Assembly (NCBI GenBank): GCA_036172245.1
Contig: JAYWIR010000179.1
Span: forward strand, 1 to 40,354
DNA from: Raillietiella orientalis
Lineage: Eukaryota
Direction of reading: 5' to 3'
Length of the DNA stretch: 40,354 nt
Part shown: in pieces, positions 1 through 12,620 of the stretch
Position numbering within the stretch: the stretch's first letter is position 1
Layout of the letters: each line of letters starts with the position of its first letter
The notes under the pieces: generated by a model
What the model was told of the DNA's origin: nothing
Database searches by the model: none
What the model saw: only the letters and a program-made list of their open reading frames with translations
Translations under genes and position numbers: made by a program

Positions 1-240
1 CCTCTTGAAGATGGACGAGTATTCTTAGGTACAAAGGACGAAGCCCTAATTTACATCCTATCCTACAGGAGTGGCATCTGCCCGGGTACTGGACGCGCAT
101 CTCAGGTTCGGCGGAATATCTCCGCCAAGTACTGGGAGGCGTCATCCTCCGGAATCTCTAAGACTGGGACCGAATGAAGGCCTCGGTCCGCGAATTCTGC
201 GAGGAGTTCCCTGTGTACTGCCTGCCCCTGGGGTTTGATG
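1..240 (+). pseudogene. Outermost host element Z, ORF2 fragment 1 (end of AP endonuclease and start of linker), degenerate
   Basis: Translates as ...EWHLPGYWTRISGSAEYLRQVLGGVILRNL*DWDRMKASVREFCEEFPVYCLPLGF, matching the WRLPGDW...DWD.LK.SVREFC segment of the other copies. It is cut at 240 by the 3' end of element A. Confidence 0.85.
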
Positions 241-271
241 TTGCCACCCAAGTACGCCCGGGGCGTTTATT
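241..271 (-). terminator. 3' terminal AATAAA + hairpin of A
   Basis: AATAAA CG CCCCGG GCGTA CTTGGG T GGCAA. Confidence 0.75.
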
Positions 272-457
272 AAAACTCTACAAAAACGTGGTACGAGGTC
301 TTACTAATGGCTGCACAACTTCGGACCTGCTGAGACGCCGGGACGCCGGGACGCAGTCCGGCGGGATGCTGCTCGGCAGTGGAGGGCAGTTTGGGGGAAA
401 ACAAAAAAAATAAAATAAAGAAAAACAAAAGGAGTTTGGAAGGAATAAAATGGATCA

Positions 458-2352
458 CTATCCACTAGGAGGAGGGCCCATCCTTCGCAGGATGCCCTCT
501 AGGTCCTTCTGCGATTGTCCCAGATGGGGCCATCTCGCAGCTCTTTGCATGAAGCTCACAGCGTACGGGATGACTTCCCTCTCGTTGGCATCCACTCCTT
601 CGTCGCAAGTGTCAGTCTAAGCCGCCACGATGCCCCGTATGCAGCAGAGGGCTGCGACAGCTGCAGCGGGCTGCAGGGCGTCCCGCAAGAAGAGGGGCCG
701 AAGAACGTCTCTGGGCGCGCTGCCCATTGGGAGCCCGAGGGTCGTCCCGAACCGTTCCCACAGGGGTCGGAGGGCAGCACAGTCAACATGTAGGTGGGGG
801 AACGATTTCCGCTCCTCACACCTGGCACACTCAGGCCTTACACTTCCCCGCGTCCAGTGGAAGCGCCGCGCGTTGCAGGGTAAACCCCAGTGCAGCAGCA
901 GTAGTGCCGACTCTTGCCACTTTAGCGGGAGAAGCCTGGATCCGATTAATACTAAGGGCCACTTCAGGTCAACCGTCGGGATGCCGAGCAGCTCGTCCCA
1001 TCTAACAAGTCCACTTGGGAGGGCACTCGGGGTCGTGGCACCTGCCAGTTCCTCCATGGTCCAACCGCTCATTTTTTTTTCCCTGCCTGCGATCCGGCAG
1101 GAGATGTGCCACTTCGGCGTCCGCCCGCTGGTTAGAGCCCTTCGTAAGAAGGGCAGCGTCGAAGGCAAAGGGGTGGTCTCTGCCCACGTGCACCTGGCGG
1201 GACACTCCAGAGTGGTCCGCAGGGTGCAGCAGGCGTTGAATCCGATTCGCAGGCGGTACCATTCACGTCCAGTCTGGAGGTTCAGCTTGGCCCACGTCCC
1301 AACGGATTCCTCCAGCCAAGCGAAGGAGTTGGCGGGGCTGCATACCGTCCAGCCGTTCTCTCTTACCAGGGATTCCATGCGCCCAAGGAGAAGGCCGCAA
1401 CTCCTGACCTTCCGACCGTGGCACAGAAGGAAAGACGCGAGTACTTGCGTCCTCGATATACGGCTGGCAAGGATGCGGGCCGGGACGCACCAGGGGGTGT
1501 TCCACGTCTTTGCTGCGATGGCTAGGGTGCGCCATCGCAGCTGTATGTCCATGTGCTCCAACGTCAGGAGTCCAAGACCACCGTCCCGACGCGGAGCGCA
1601 TATGTGCTTAAGAGGTGCACGAGGCCTCCCACTGCCCCAGAGGGCGATGCGGACAAGGTCTTTAGTCCTCTTCTTCAGATCAAGGGGGACGGGGCACACA
1701 AAGAGCAGGAGCGGAGGATGGAAGCCGCGAACGCGTTCCACACCGCGGCCCGTTCCGGCAGAAGGAACTTGCCTTCCAGGAACGGGTCGATTGCCAACTC
1801 TTCCTTTTGGAGACGAACTGACCAGGCTTCTGCGAGGCAGGATTCCCCCAACGGGACACTCAGGTACTTCAGGTACCTGGCCGTGGAAATCCCCAAGCAA
1901 ATTCAGTCAGGCCGTCCATCCCACGTCGCACCCACCGGTACCACCGACGACTTCGCCTTGCTAACCTGCAATCCAGTCCCACGGTTTAGCAGATCGAAGA
2001 AATCCTCGACTGCGGCTGCCAGGGCGGACATCGGCAACATCAGCAGAAGATCGTCGGCGTACGCAGCCACTGCGGGCGTGCCGGGGCACGAGCTAGGCAA
2101 GCCAGCCAAGGTCACCCTGTACGCTCTCAGCACCAAATCAAAGTAGGTGCTGAAGAGCAGGGGACTAAGGCTATCGCCCTGACGTATGCCCCGCCGCACC
2201 GGCACGCCGTACGTTGTTTGTGCGCTGGAGGAGACGTTGATTAGCGCTTTACGCCAGCAAGAGCGCAGGTAGCAGTGAAGAGAGGGTGGGAAGCCCATGA
2301 GACCCAAAAGCTCCAACAGTAGCTCCTGGTCCACGCAGTCGAACCCCTTGTG
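458..2352 (-). pseudogene. Element A ORF2 piece 4 (RT C-terminal half and zinc finger)
   Basis: FDCVDQELL...RGIRQGDSLSPLLF...AYADD...YLKYL...CARCEERKSFPHLHVDC, with stops and frameshifts. Confidence 0.88.
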
Positions 2353-2363
2353 TGCTCCAGGGT

Positions 2364-2370
2364 GGACGTG
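2364..2370 (+). promoter_or_regulatory. DPE-like RGACGTG motif at the 5' end of B
   Basis: GGACGTG 11 nt inside the TSD-defined end; conserved in all seven visible 5' ends. Function is inferred. Confidence 0.55.
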
Positions 2371-2446
2371 TTTTCTTGGTGCTCCTCGTGCCAGGAAGTC
2401 TCCCTTAGTGCAAGCGTCGTGTGGTTCGGTGGTCGATCAGGCAGCG

Positions 2447-4122
2447 ATGCCAGACGCGACCACCAGGGATGGCCAGGGGGCAGCAGAAACGCCGCCCCCA
2501 GAGGCGATGGAGAGCCAGGGGGCGGCGGCAACGTCGCCCTTGGAGTCGATGGAGGCGAGGGCATCCGCCCCCACAGAATCGGTCCCCGCTGCAACGCGGG
2601 CGTGGAGCGCCGTTGTGTCGGCGCCATCGCCTGCAGCCGCGGCGGAATTGTCGGCCTATGTAGAGGAGGGGTACAAACCCTCATTGTTCTACAAGGTAGG
2701 CAATTTATATTCTTTAGAGAGCGCGCGCGCCTTCTCGAAGGGCAGGCGCGCTCTCGATGTGAAAGAGGAGGAGCTCAGCGCTATGACCATCGGCAGCGGG
2801 GATCAGTACGTTAAGGTCATCTGCAAACAAGCAGAGCTGGCCCAATGACTGCTTAAAACCATCGTTGTGATGGGGACGCGCAGGCTTCTCCCCACTACGG
2901 CGGACCGCAGCATGGTGGTCCACCTGTTAGGTGTTACCGCGCGGATGCGCAAGGAACAGGTTCGCGCCGCGTTGGAGGAATACGGAACGGTCCACGCGCC
3001 GTGGACGAAAGTTAGTCCTTTCGAGGACTACACGGGGCTACAACACGGCCTCACTGCTGCGCGCGTGACCGTTCGGGAGGGCTGCACTCTTCCCCACAAA
3101 CTGGTGGTCGAAGGCGAAACCGTCGACCTCTGGTATGTGGGGAAGCCGAAATACTGCGGCTTCTGCAATACGTCGGGCCACCTCAAAAAGAGGTGTCCCA
3201 ATGTGCAGTGCCAAGTATGCGGCACAATGGACCACACGAGGGAGGTGTGCCCAAAAGCAGCAGTGCGGGTAATTTCCATGAGAAACCTTAAAAAACGCGC
3301 TCGGCTTCTGCAGAAAAGGCTGGCGGCGAAAGCTGCCGCGAAGGCTGTGCCACCACCGACCAAGACCCAGGCCGCACTCGAGACCCCGGCGACCAACGCC
3401 GAAAAAGTTGAGGGAGCATGCGAGGAGACTGAGTGGCAAGTGGCAACTGCCAAAAAATCAAAGAAGGAGAGGAGGATGAAAAAGAAAATCGCCTACCAAC
3501 AGAAGAAGAAAGAGCAGGGTAGCGCGATAATTAAAGAGTGCAGCGTCGTTGTCGAACGCGTTCTCGATGTTGCCGAACGCTGCCGGAAAGAACTCGCCGC
3601 TACCGACGACCTCCCCTTTGTTGACACAGTCAACAGCGAGGGGAGCGAGCCGGCGGCGGCGTCCGTCATTGACACAACCATCGATGACGTAGCCTTTGCG
3701 CGAGCCGCGGAGGAGCTGGCAGCTTCGTTGCAGCCAGAACCCTCCAAGACTGGCAAGAAGGCCGTAAGGCATCCGGCCTCCCCTCAGGGATCCCCCACTT
3801 CCGACCCCGAGGTGGAGGCCGGAAGCGCAGCCTCCGTTTCCGCGGCACCCCGCAAGATGGCTGGACGTAAGTCCACAAAGCCGAGGAAGCTCGTCTCCCC
3901 CGTCGAGGGGGAAGAGATGGCTTCCGTAAGCAAGGGTGCCATGAGCGTGGGAAACTCGCGGGACCCGTCGCCCGAGAGAAACCCACGCGCGGACACGGAG
4001 GGGATGGAGGGGTGGAGGCCGAACAGGTGCCTCAGGTGCCTGAGAAGGCCGAAACCCCCATGGACATCTTGCCCGCCTCGCAAGAGGAGGGCTCCCTCAC
4101 ACCTTAATCTTCCCAGCAGTAA
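2447..4122 (+). pseudogene. Element B ORF1 (zinc-knuckle protein), premature TGA at 2846 and frameshift near 4010
   Basis: Contains CGFCNTSGHLKKRC and CQVCGTMDHTREVC, and ends in the TAATG overlap at 4120-4124. Confidence 0.87.
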
Positions 4123-4285
4123 TGCCAAGAATCTCCTCCCGCCGTCGTCTGCGCATCGCCGTTTGCAACGCGAACGGCATGACAGACGCCGGCAGGAGAC
4201 GAGACATGGCCGCCCTTCTGGAGTCTTACGACCTTGCGCTGCTGCAGGTGATCCACGTGATCTCTGCAGAAGAAGCGCAGGAGAT
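4122..4285 (+). pseudogene. Element B ORF2 piece 1 (AP endonuclease N-terminus)
   Basis: MPRISSRRRLRIAVCNANGM...LLQVIHVISAEEAQEI, interrupted by C. Confidence 0.85.
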
Positions 4286-4315
4286 TTCTCACCCGGTCAT
4301 GCCGGGGCGTTTATT
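4286..4315 (-). terminator. 3' terminal AATAAA + hairpin of C
   Basis: AATAAA CG CCCCGG CATGA CCGGG T GAGAA. Confidence 0.8.
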
Positions 4316-4639
4316 CCATATAACATAACCAAAAGAAAACCAGTTATACAAAATAAACCAGTTGGGAACCAAACTCCCAACCGACGACTGAACAAGAATG
4401 AAGAGAATATTGCTGGCACGCAGGCCAGAGTAAAAGTTTTGTGAACGGTGTGGAAGGGCAGGGAACACAAAGAAACCAAAATAAAATAAAAACAATAAAT
4501 AAGGAGGACGGGATAAGGGTCTTTGGGATCGCTCTGGAAGACACGGGGATAAAAGCATGGGCACCGGAAATTTTCCGAGGGAACGGGGATGGGGTATAAG
4601 TGGGCGAGAGGTCGCAGGGGTCACCGGATAACGGTGTTC

Positions 4640-7600
4640 TCAAAGGTCTGTAAACCGGCGATGTATGCCGCTGATGTCCTCATTAAACTTGTCACGAAGA
4701 TGAGACCACCTTGAAGCCTTCTCCATGAATTGAGCTGCAAGCAGGTGAGCCTCCTTTCGCTGCGCTGACAACTCCAGGGCGCAGCGGGCCTTCACGATGG
4801 CGCGAACGCAACACATAGTTGCGACAATCGCGCCAACCGAAAGTCCATTTCTGCTGAAGAAGCGCCGCAGCACATCAATGGCAGTGCCTCCTTGTGGCAT
4901 GATGGCCGGAATGAGCCTTCGCCACAGTTCCCGGAGGTCACCGCAGTCCAGCAAAAGGTGCGGAAAAGACTCGATCTCTCCGCACCTTAAACAGTTTGGC
5001 AAAGCAGCTCCCCCGAAAACGATGCTTCGCTTCCTAATACAGTGTAATGCACAATGTAAAAAGAGCAGCACATCTTGTTTCCACTGAAGGGGGAACACGG
5101 AGCTGTCCAAACAAACGGGAAGAACCACTATCTCTCCGGAGGGCACACTTCAATGTTCGCTCCACCGAAGCAGGCCCTTCGCCCGATTCCGAGGTGTGGC
5201 GGCTTGCACCAGCTCCTTTGTCGTCCAGCTGCCGAGGAGCTTACTGACTCCCGCTATTTAGCAGGAGAACTCCCATTCTGCCGGTAGGCAACCGTCGTTG
5301 CGTGCCCTGAGGGCAGACAGCGCTGCGGCGAGTGGTGTGGCGGCCAGACGATCCGACAACTTCTTGTCCTGCATGACTTCGTCCATTTGATGACTGAGGA
5401 GAAGTCGCAGGCGTCGAAGATCTTCCAAGCGCGTTCCTTCGGAAGCTGCCCACGATGAAAAAGATTCCTGTCGCTATGCATTAATGTTCATGGGGCTGCA
5501 GGAGATCCAGATTTGGGCTTCCAGCAGTGAGGACAGCTGCCTCAGCGGAAAGCCAAACCCTATTCTGATGTGTCGAAATCAGTCCCTCGCTTCACGAGCA
5601 GCGCCTCAGTATAAGGCGTGCGGGTAAGCACCAGGGCGTACACCACAGCTTGGGACAGAGCCGCAGCATGCGAAACTGCACCTGCAGTTCGATGCTCTTT
5701 AAGTCGAGGATGCCCAAGCCTGCATCCTGACGCGGCGCCACCAAGTCTTTAAGTCTAACACGGGATCTTGCAGCGCCCCACAGCGCTTTGCGTAGAAAGC
5801 GCTGCGCCCAGACTTTCACTTCCTGAGGGGGTGGAAAAACAAAAAACAAAGGGCGGAGTAGGGGGGCAACGAAGGTGTTCCAGATGCAGGCCCGTTCCGG
5901 CAAGACGAACTCGCCTCCTGAAAACGGGCCAAGTGCACGCTCTGCCTTCCGAAGGCAGTCCGACCACGCTTCTGAGTTGCAGAAGTCGCTCAACGGCACG
6001 CCAAGGTACCTGAGGGACCTGCCCGTGGGGATCCCCAGGTCGATCCAGTCGGACTGCCCCTCCCACGTCGCACCAACCGGAACAACCATACACTTACTCC
6101 TGTTAACGCTCACGCCCGCACCGCGACGAATCAACTCAAAGAAGTCTTCAAGCGATGTCGCCGGGGTGGACATGGGCAACAGGAGAAGCAGGTCGTCGGC
6201 ATAGGCTGCCACGGCCGGCGTACCTGGACAGGAGCTCGGCAGGTTGGCTAGCGTCAGCCTGTAAGCCTCCAGCACCAATTCGAAACAGATGCTGAAGAGC
6301 AGCGGGCTTAAGCTATCACCCTGCCTAATTCCTCGTCGTACCGGCACGCCATACACGTGACAGCCACTGAAAACAATGGATGTAATCGCGTGGCGCCAGC
6401 AGGAGCGCAAGTACGCCAACAGGGATGCAGGAAGACACAGACGTTCCAAAAGCTCAAGAAGAAGCTTTTGGTTCACGCAATCGAAAGCTTTGTGCAAATC
6501 GACTGCAACCGCCAAGGCTCCCGGTGTCTCCCTTTGCGTTTCGCGCCTCCGTCGGTGAGAGATCGAAGGCGTCGCTTCCGCACGACGATCCACCGCCACA
6601 CGATGCTGCAATTGCAGCCATGTGCGGATGAACAAGAGATTCGCGTCCATGGACCGCCCAGGAACAGCGTACGTCTGCTCCGGACTTACCAAGGATTCCG
6701 CGATCCTACTCATCCGCGCCACCCAAAGTTTCGAGAGCAACTTGACGTCCGAATTCACTAATGTGATCGGACGCCAGTTGTTCAGTTGGCGCAAATCTCC
6801 GCCTTTCGGCAGTAGACGCACCTTCGCTGAGCGAAACGAGGCGGGGACATCGCCCGAGTCTCGCATCAGCGACGAGAGTTGGAGCACCAGCGGGATGAGC
6901 TCCGCCGCAAAACACTGAAAGAATTCCGCGGGGAGCCCATCTTCGCCTGGCGCTTTTCGTCTCTTGAGCCCCGTGATGGCCGAGGAAATTTTCTCTGTTG
7001 TGAAGGGCTCATCAAGACGCGCGCGTTCCTATTCGTCTGCAACAGGTGCATCAATCGGCAGAAGCACCCGAGAGAGGCTGCGTTCCGTCGGTGCCTCTGC
7101 ATACAGAGAAGAGTAATAGCGCCTGACTATCCGTCGCACGTCGGCTGGAGCCGAGCATTCCCGGTCCTGGTCGTCGAGCCGAACTGTCGACCCTGACTGC
7201 CAGACCTCGCGCTCGGCCTTGGCTTTGAAATCGGATAATCGACCAACGTCCGCGCGCCTGGAAAAGGAGCGGGCCTTCAGAAAATCTCTGCTGTTGGCTA
7301 CGCCCTCTCCGAAGCCGCGCGGAAGCTGGTGCAAGGGAAACCGGCAGCAGAACTCGCGGACCGATCTTTTCAGCCGTCCCAGTCCTCGAGCTCACTTATG
7401 GCAAAGCCGAGGAGGTACTGGCGAAGATGCTCAGCCGCCTCCGGGTGGCTTAGCCAGTCTCCCGGTTTCCTCCAAAAACAGTTTGGAGGCCCCTTGCCTG
7501 GCGGGAGCAACTCGAACTCGAGCCTGTTGTGGTCAGAAAGCACGGACGGCACGGGACCTCTCCGACCCACTCGACAGAGCAAGTGTTCATCCAGATATAC

Positions 7601-8194
7601 GTGGTCCGGCGTTGCTGCCATAACAGGGTCGCTAGCGAACAAGTTGCACGCGTGCACGGACTCGCACATCTCTTCCGCTAGCAACTTTTCCCTTTTGTGG
7701 GATCTATTCTCGGAAAGCAGGTGGACGTTAAAGTCCCCCGCAATGAGATGGGCCACAGTAGGGTGAAATCGAGTGAGCCACTGGCTTTGAAGGGTACCAA
7801 AGGACTCAATCCTTTCGGCCCATCGTCCAAAACCGCTCGGCGCGTACACGTTGGTTACGACAAGGTCGATCGAGTCGGACCACTTGAGTACAAGCTGTCC
7901 CACTCGACCTTCCGTGTCGAAACGAACACTGCGCACCGCTCCCGCCAAAGTTCCTCGCACGAGGAAAGCGACGCCGCACGTACGTGCAACGCCGCACCTA
8001 TAAAGTAGCGTTCCGCCCGCGCGCCGTTCGCTTTCGGCAGCCTGCTCTCCGGAGATGCTGTGAATCTCCTGCAGGAGCGTCAAGTCGAAGGCACGCAGAA
8101 CGTCAGCCACTAGTCGCCTCTTCTCCTCGTTCTGGAGCCCGTTGACGTTCCAAGACGTTACGGCAACACGACGAGAAGACGCGATTGCCCTCAT
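4640..8194 (-). pseudogene. Element C ORF2 (endonuclease, RT, zinc finger), frameshifted
   Basis: SWNVNGL, LQEIH, AGDFN, LSDH; DLHKAFD, RGIRQGDSLSP, YADD; CLRCGEIESFPHLLLDC. Confidence 0.9.
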
Positions 8195-10097
8195 CACTGC
8201 TGGGAAAGCGAGGCCGTGCTGCTCGCCTCACTCGGCGAGCGGGCAGTAAGCAGCACGACGGGCTGGAGGGCGCGGTCGCCACCGGCCTCAACTGTGCTGC
8301 ACGTAATCGGGTGCTCCTCCCCGGGTTCAGGACCTGTGGGTTCCGGGGAAGCACTCGCCGTTCCGCGGCGAGTATGTCACGCCTCAGGGCTTCAGCCCTG
8401 CGGGCGCTCGCTCCCGCGCGAGTAACGCGTCGTTCAGCGGCGCTATCGGACTCCTTTGCGGAGTCTGATGCTCGCACGATCGACGTGCGCTTGCATCCGT
8501 CCGATTGCACCGGAATGGTCTTCTCGGCGGTCACAGAAGCGGACTTGCACGCGTTGAAGGCGCTGGCTTTTTCCTTAGAAGAGGCACAAGCCGCGCGTGT
8601 TTTCGTATTCCCTCGACTGCTTTTTCCTTTGGAAGAGCTCAGGGATGGATGTTGCGGAGCTTTTTTTGGAGATTTTTCTTTCCTACTCTCCACAATCTTT
8701 TATACGCTTTCGCGATTTTCGGAGGCTTCCGCGACAGTAGTTGCGGAAACCTCCGGGATTTTCGCTGCGTTCTCTGAGGGCGTTGCTTTCGCTACGCATT
8801 TAAAAGGCGGCAACGGAGTCACCTTCTTGACAGTCAAGAGATTGCTCCTCTCCTGCCGAGTCGGCGATGGGGCGACTGCATGCAGCGTGCTTTTGCTCGT
8901 TGCGACGCTGCTTTTTACGGCTTTCGTAGCCTTTGCAGAGGGGCTTGCGCTGCAGTGGAGCTGTCCGGAACTCGGAAGGGACAACGGAACGGCGCAAGAA
9001 GTCTTCCCACTGTTGCGATCTTCCTGTTTTCCTACCTTTCTCACCAGGGTGTTACGGAGATTTCCTGGTTCCTGGCTCGGAGAGGTGCCTGCGAGTTCGG
9101 CAGAGAGGGAAGACACGGCACGCGTCAAACCCTCACGCCCCTTTTTCATTGGCTTCCCCGCCGTCACCTTCCCCTTTCGGGGCGTTGCGGGCGGGGATGC
9201 TTTCTTTTCATCCGCGGATCGCTCGTGGTTTTTTGCGAGTTTTCGCGGACGACGTTTTTTATTTGCCGCTGCGGCTTTTCGTGCAGTGGTCTCTTGAACC
9301 CGACGAATTTCTGCTGCGGCTCTTTTTCTTGCAAGTACCGGGCACTTTTTGATTTCGTGCCCGGAATCTTTGCAATAGCGGCATCTTGGAGAGGGGCACT
9401 CTTTAATTCGGTGGCCATCCTTGCCGCACTGCTTGCACGCGCGAGTCTGGCCTATGAATCACAGGTGAACGACCGTGCCGTTCACCTGCAGCTGCTCAGG
9501 CACAACACGCCTGTTCGCGACGGTGATCCGCGCGGAGGCTTGTCCAATGTGGACAGAGGGGAAATCCTTTAGAGGATTTGGTCTCCTCCACAAAGCGTGC
9601 ACTGTGGCGAACTTTGCCAGCACACTTACGACATCGCGGTTGGAGATTTCCGGTTCGATGTCGGACAATTGAACGACAAAATAGTCGTTCATCGCGGTAG
9701 GTAGGACTTCCTTGCCATTCATGGTCAACGGCGTACGAAGAAGGCGCTGCACAAGTGCTGCGTTCTTGCACCGAATCTTCGTATATTCCATCCTGCCAGC
9801 AGGCATTATGGCAAGGAGTTCCTCCTCGCGAACGCCGATCCGGACGTGCTCATCATTGAGCTCACGACCGATTCTCCCGTTGAGGGGCCCACTGACCTTA
9901 TAACGGAGTGCAGGCATGTATCCTGATGACACATATGCCTGGAACTCCGCATCGCAGGGTCCTGGTCTTTGGGAGGTAACGGCGGCGTAACTCCTCACCG
10001 GGGGCGAGGACACCATTACGGAGGATGGGGCCAATTCAAGTGCAGCTGAAGTGCATCCAGTGGCTTGCTCTTCTACACTATTTTGTGTACTGGCCAT
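8194..10097 (-). pseudogene. Element C ORF1 (zinc-knuckle protein with long K/A/S-rich tail), stop at 9459 plus later disruptions
   Basis: MASTQNSV...HL*FIGQTRACKQCGKDGHRIKEC...CRYCKDSGHEIKKC, ending in the TGATG overlap at 8192-8196. Confidence 0.85.
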
Positions 10098-12620
10098 GTT
10101 GCACTATGCTACTTGGCAGATTGCACAGGAACACACAACTGCGAGCTAAAACGCGGGCACAAAGTTGCCCGATCGTTGGCGCTGATAGACGCGGATACAC
10201 GTCTGCACTGTACGAGCCCGGGAGATGAAACGCATCTCCGGAGGGCGGCTATGGTACAGGTGTGGGAGAGCGAAAAGTTGCGGTGTCGCCTACCTGCTTT
10301 GGCCAGCCGTCGAGGCCGCGGCTCGGGGCGTACGGTTCGACGATCACGGTCTTGTCGGCCAGCTGACTCTCAGTTGGTCCGACTCGATCGACCTCATCAT
10401 CACGATCGGTTACGCGCCGAGCGGAGCGGACCTGACGAACAGGAGGTCCAGCAAAGAATTTTTCCTTGCTCTCCATCGCGACTGGTTGACCGAGGCAGGC
10501 GTGCGGAATGCCCATCTGGTTGCAGGCGATTTTTACGTTCGTCTGAAACCGGATGGGTCCAATCACGAGCGGAACCTAGTCTACAAGGTGTGCCAGGAGG
10601 TGCACACTTGTAATTTGTTGGTCAGTGTACCAGGGATAGAGGACAACATCGATCACGTGTTTCTTGACGAGCACCTGTGCACTCGTGTGGGTAAGCGCTG
10701 CAAGTTACCGTGCGAGTTGTCCGAACATCGACAAATCGTGATTGAAATCCATCCGCGCGACAGGGGCCCCCCTCGTCAGCGTGGCGTTTGCCAGGGGACT
10801 GGCTTAAGCTTCCGGACGCGACGGAACATCTCCGCACGTTCATACGGAGCTTCAGGATGCAGACACTTCAGGATTTCGACCGCTTAGAACGGTCGGTCCA
10901 GGAGTTCTGCGACCAGTTCCTTCTGCACCGCTTACCTACGGGTTTTGGGACCTGGGTCCGTAACGAACGAGCCTACCTGCAGGCCCGTCGTTTCGCCAGG
11001 ACCCCCGACATCCGCAGACTGGCGGAATACAAAGCGGGAGCCGAGAGGCAAGCCTGGCAGTCAGGATCGGCCAGCCTGCTGGACGATCAGGGCCAGGAGC
11101 ATTCGGCACCCGCTCAGATCCGCGGTCTGCTGTGGCGTTTTTACTCCTACCTGTACGCAAGAACGTCTCCCGAGCGAGATTTCTCCCGACTTCTGCTTCC
11201 GGAAGGCGCTCCTGCGAACGGGGAAGAGGAGAAAAAGTCCCTCAACGAGCATTTCACGATGGGCGAGATTATCTCGTCCATCGGAAAGCTCAAGAGGCGC
11301 AAGGATCTAGGGGAGGACGGCCTGTCCGCGGAGTTTTATCAAACTTTCGAGGCTGAGCTAACCACCCTGGTACAACAACTCACCTTGCTGTTACGCGAGA
11401 CAGGTGACGTTCCCGCCTCGTTTCGTTCGGCAAAGGTGCGCCTTCTCTCTAAGGGAGGAGATCTGAGAAGCTTCAACAACTGGCGTCCCATGACAATAGT
11501 GAATGCGGATGCCAAGTTGACATCTAAGGCTTGAGCTGAGCGCATGGGACGGGCTGCAAACCCCTTCATCAGCCCGGAACAGACGTATGCTGTTGCGATG
11601 CGAAGCATGGAGGCGAACCTATTCCCCGCTTCCACCTGGCTAGAGCTTCAACATGAAAGGAGCTTGGTGCGCAGCCGGAATTCCGGTGCGTGCGCCGGCA
11701 AGGGGTTGGATGGTCGGGTGGGGGAGGGAGCCCTTGCGGTCGCAATCGACTTGGAAAAGCATTCGATTGTGTCGACCAGAATCTCCTTCTGGAGCTTCTG
11801 GAACGCTTGGACTTCCCGGCCTCATTAGTGGCCTATCTGCACTCCTGCTAGCGCGACGCGCTCATCAATGTTACTTTCAGCGGGCAGACCGTGCACGGCG
11901 TGCCGGTACGGCGTGGGATCCAAAAGGGAGACAGCCTGAGCCCCTTGCTCTTCAGTACCTACTTTGAGCTGGTACTGAGAGCGTACAGGGGAACTCTGGC
12001 GCACTTGCCGCACGACTGTGCCGGTACGCCGGCCGTTTCAGCATACGCGGACGACCTTTTGCTGCTGCTCCCTATGTCTACCCCGGCTTTGGCGGTCAAG
12101 GAGTTCTTCGACCTGCTGCATCGGGGAACCGGACTTACGGTGAACAGGGCGAAGTCGTCCGTGATGCCAGTTGGTGCGGCGTGGGCAGGGCAGCAGGACT
12201 GGGTCCGTTTGGGGATCCCCACAATGAGGTACTTCAAGTACCTTGGTGTGGTTGGGGGACTACTCCCCTGCGGAAGCGTGGTCCGGCTGCCTCCAAAAAG
12301 TAGAGACGGCGATCGGCCCGTTCCGAGGCGGCAGGTTTTTCCTGCCTGAACGGGCCGCGGTTTGGAACACGTTCGCGGCTTCTCTCCTCTGTTCCCTGCT
12401 TTTTGTTTGCCCCCCCACAGAGAGGATTAAAAAGCGGACCAAGGACCTCCTCCGTATCGCCCTTTGGGGCAACGGGAGGGCCCGAGTCCGCTTAAAGGAC
12501 TTGTGCGCTCCTCGTCGGGAAGGTGGTCTGGGCCTCCTGACGCTGGAGCGACTGGAGCTTTAGCTCCAGTTCCGCTTGTCGGCACTCGTTCCAGAGTTGT
12601 GGTGCACCTGTTGGTGCGAC
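8857..12620 (+). repeat. Left arm of a large inverted repeat (partner ~36590-40354) spanning the C/B junction
   Basis: Near-identical ORFs on opposite strands (e.g. 10225..10887 vs 38324..38986), with shared stops and frameshifts. The right boundary is approximate. Confidence 0.9.
10198..10204 (-). promoter_or_regulatory. DPE-like RGACGTG motif at the 5' end of C
   Basis: AGACGTG 10 nt inside the end. Confidence 0.55.

Larger units (their letters stand above)
4286..10214 (-). mobile_element. Element C: full-length Tx1-like retrotransposon (5.9 kb), inserted antisense in the endonuclease of B
   Basis: 12-bp TSD with two mismatches: agcgcaggagat (4274-4285) and agcccgggagat (10215-10226). 5' AGACGTG at 10198-10204 and 3' hairpin at 4286-4315. 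Confidence 0.9.

Noticed and set aside
630..1964. 444-aa plus-strand ORF and similar long antisense ORFs (8185..9297, 30314..31408, 32712..33461, 23280..24125)
   Set aside because: They are shadows of GC-rich retrotransposon coding sequence on the opposite strand, with no recognisable domains and no consistent conservation between copies.
2339..2370. Head-to-head junctions read as twin-priming 5' inversions
   Set aside because: Each inverted segment is a different full-length element with its own TSD and 3' end, not an inverted part of the same cDNA.
4286..4315. Recurrent 30-nt hairpin as a CRISPR repeat, bacterial terminator or recombination site
   Set aside because: Copies are kilobases apart, always lie at element 3' ends after AATAAA, and have no spacers, cas genes or recombinase nearby.
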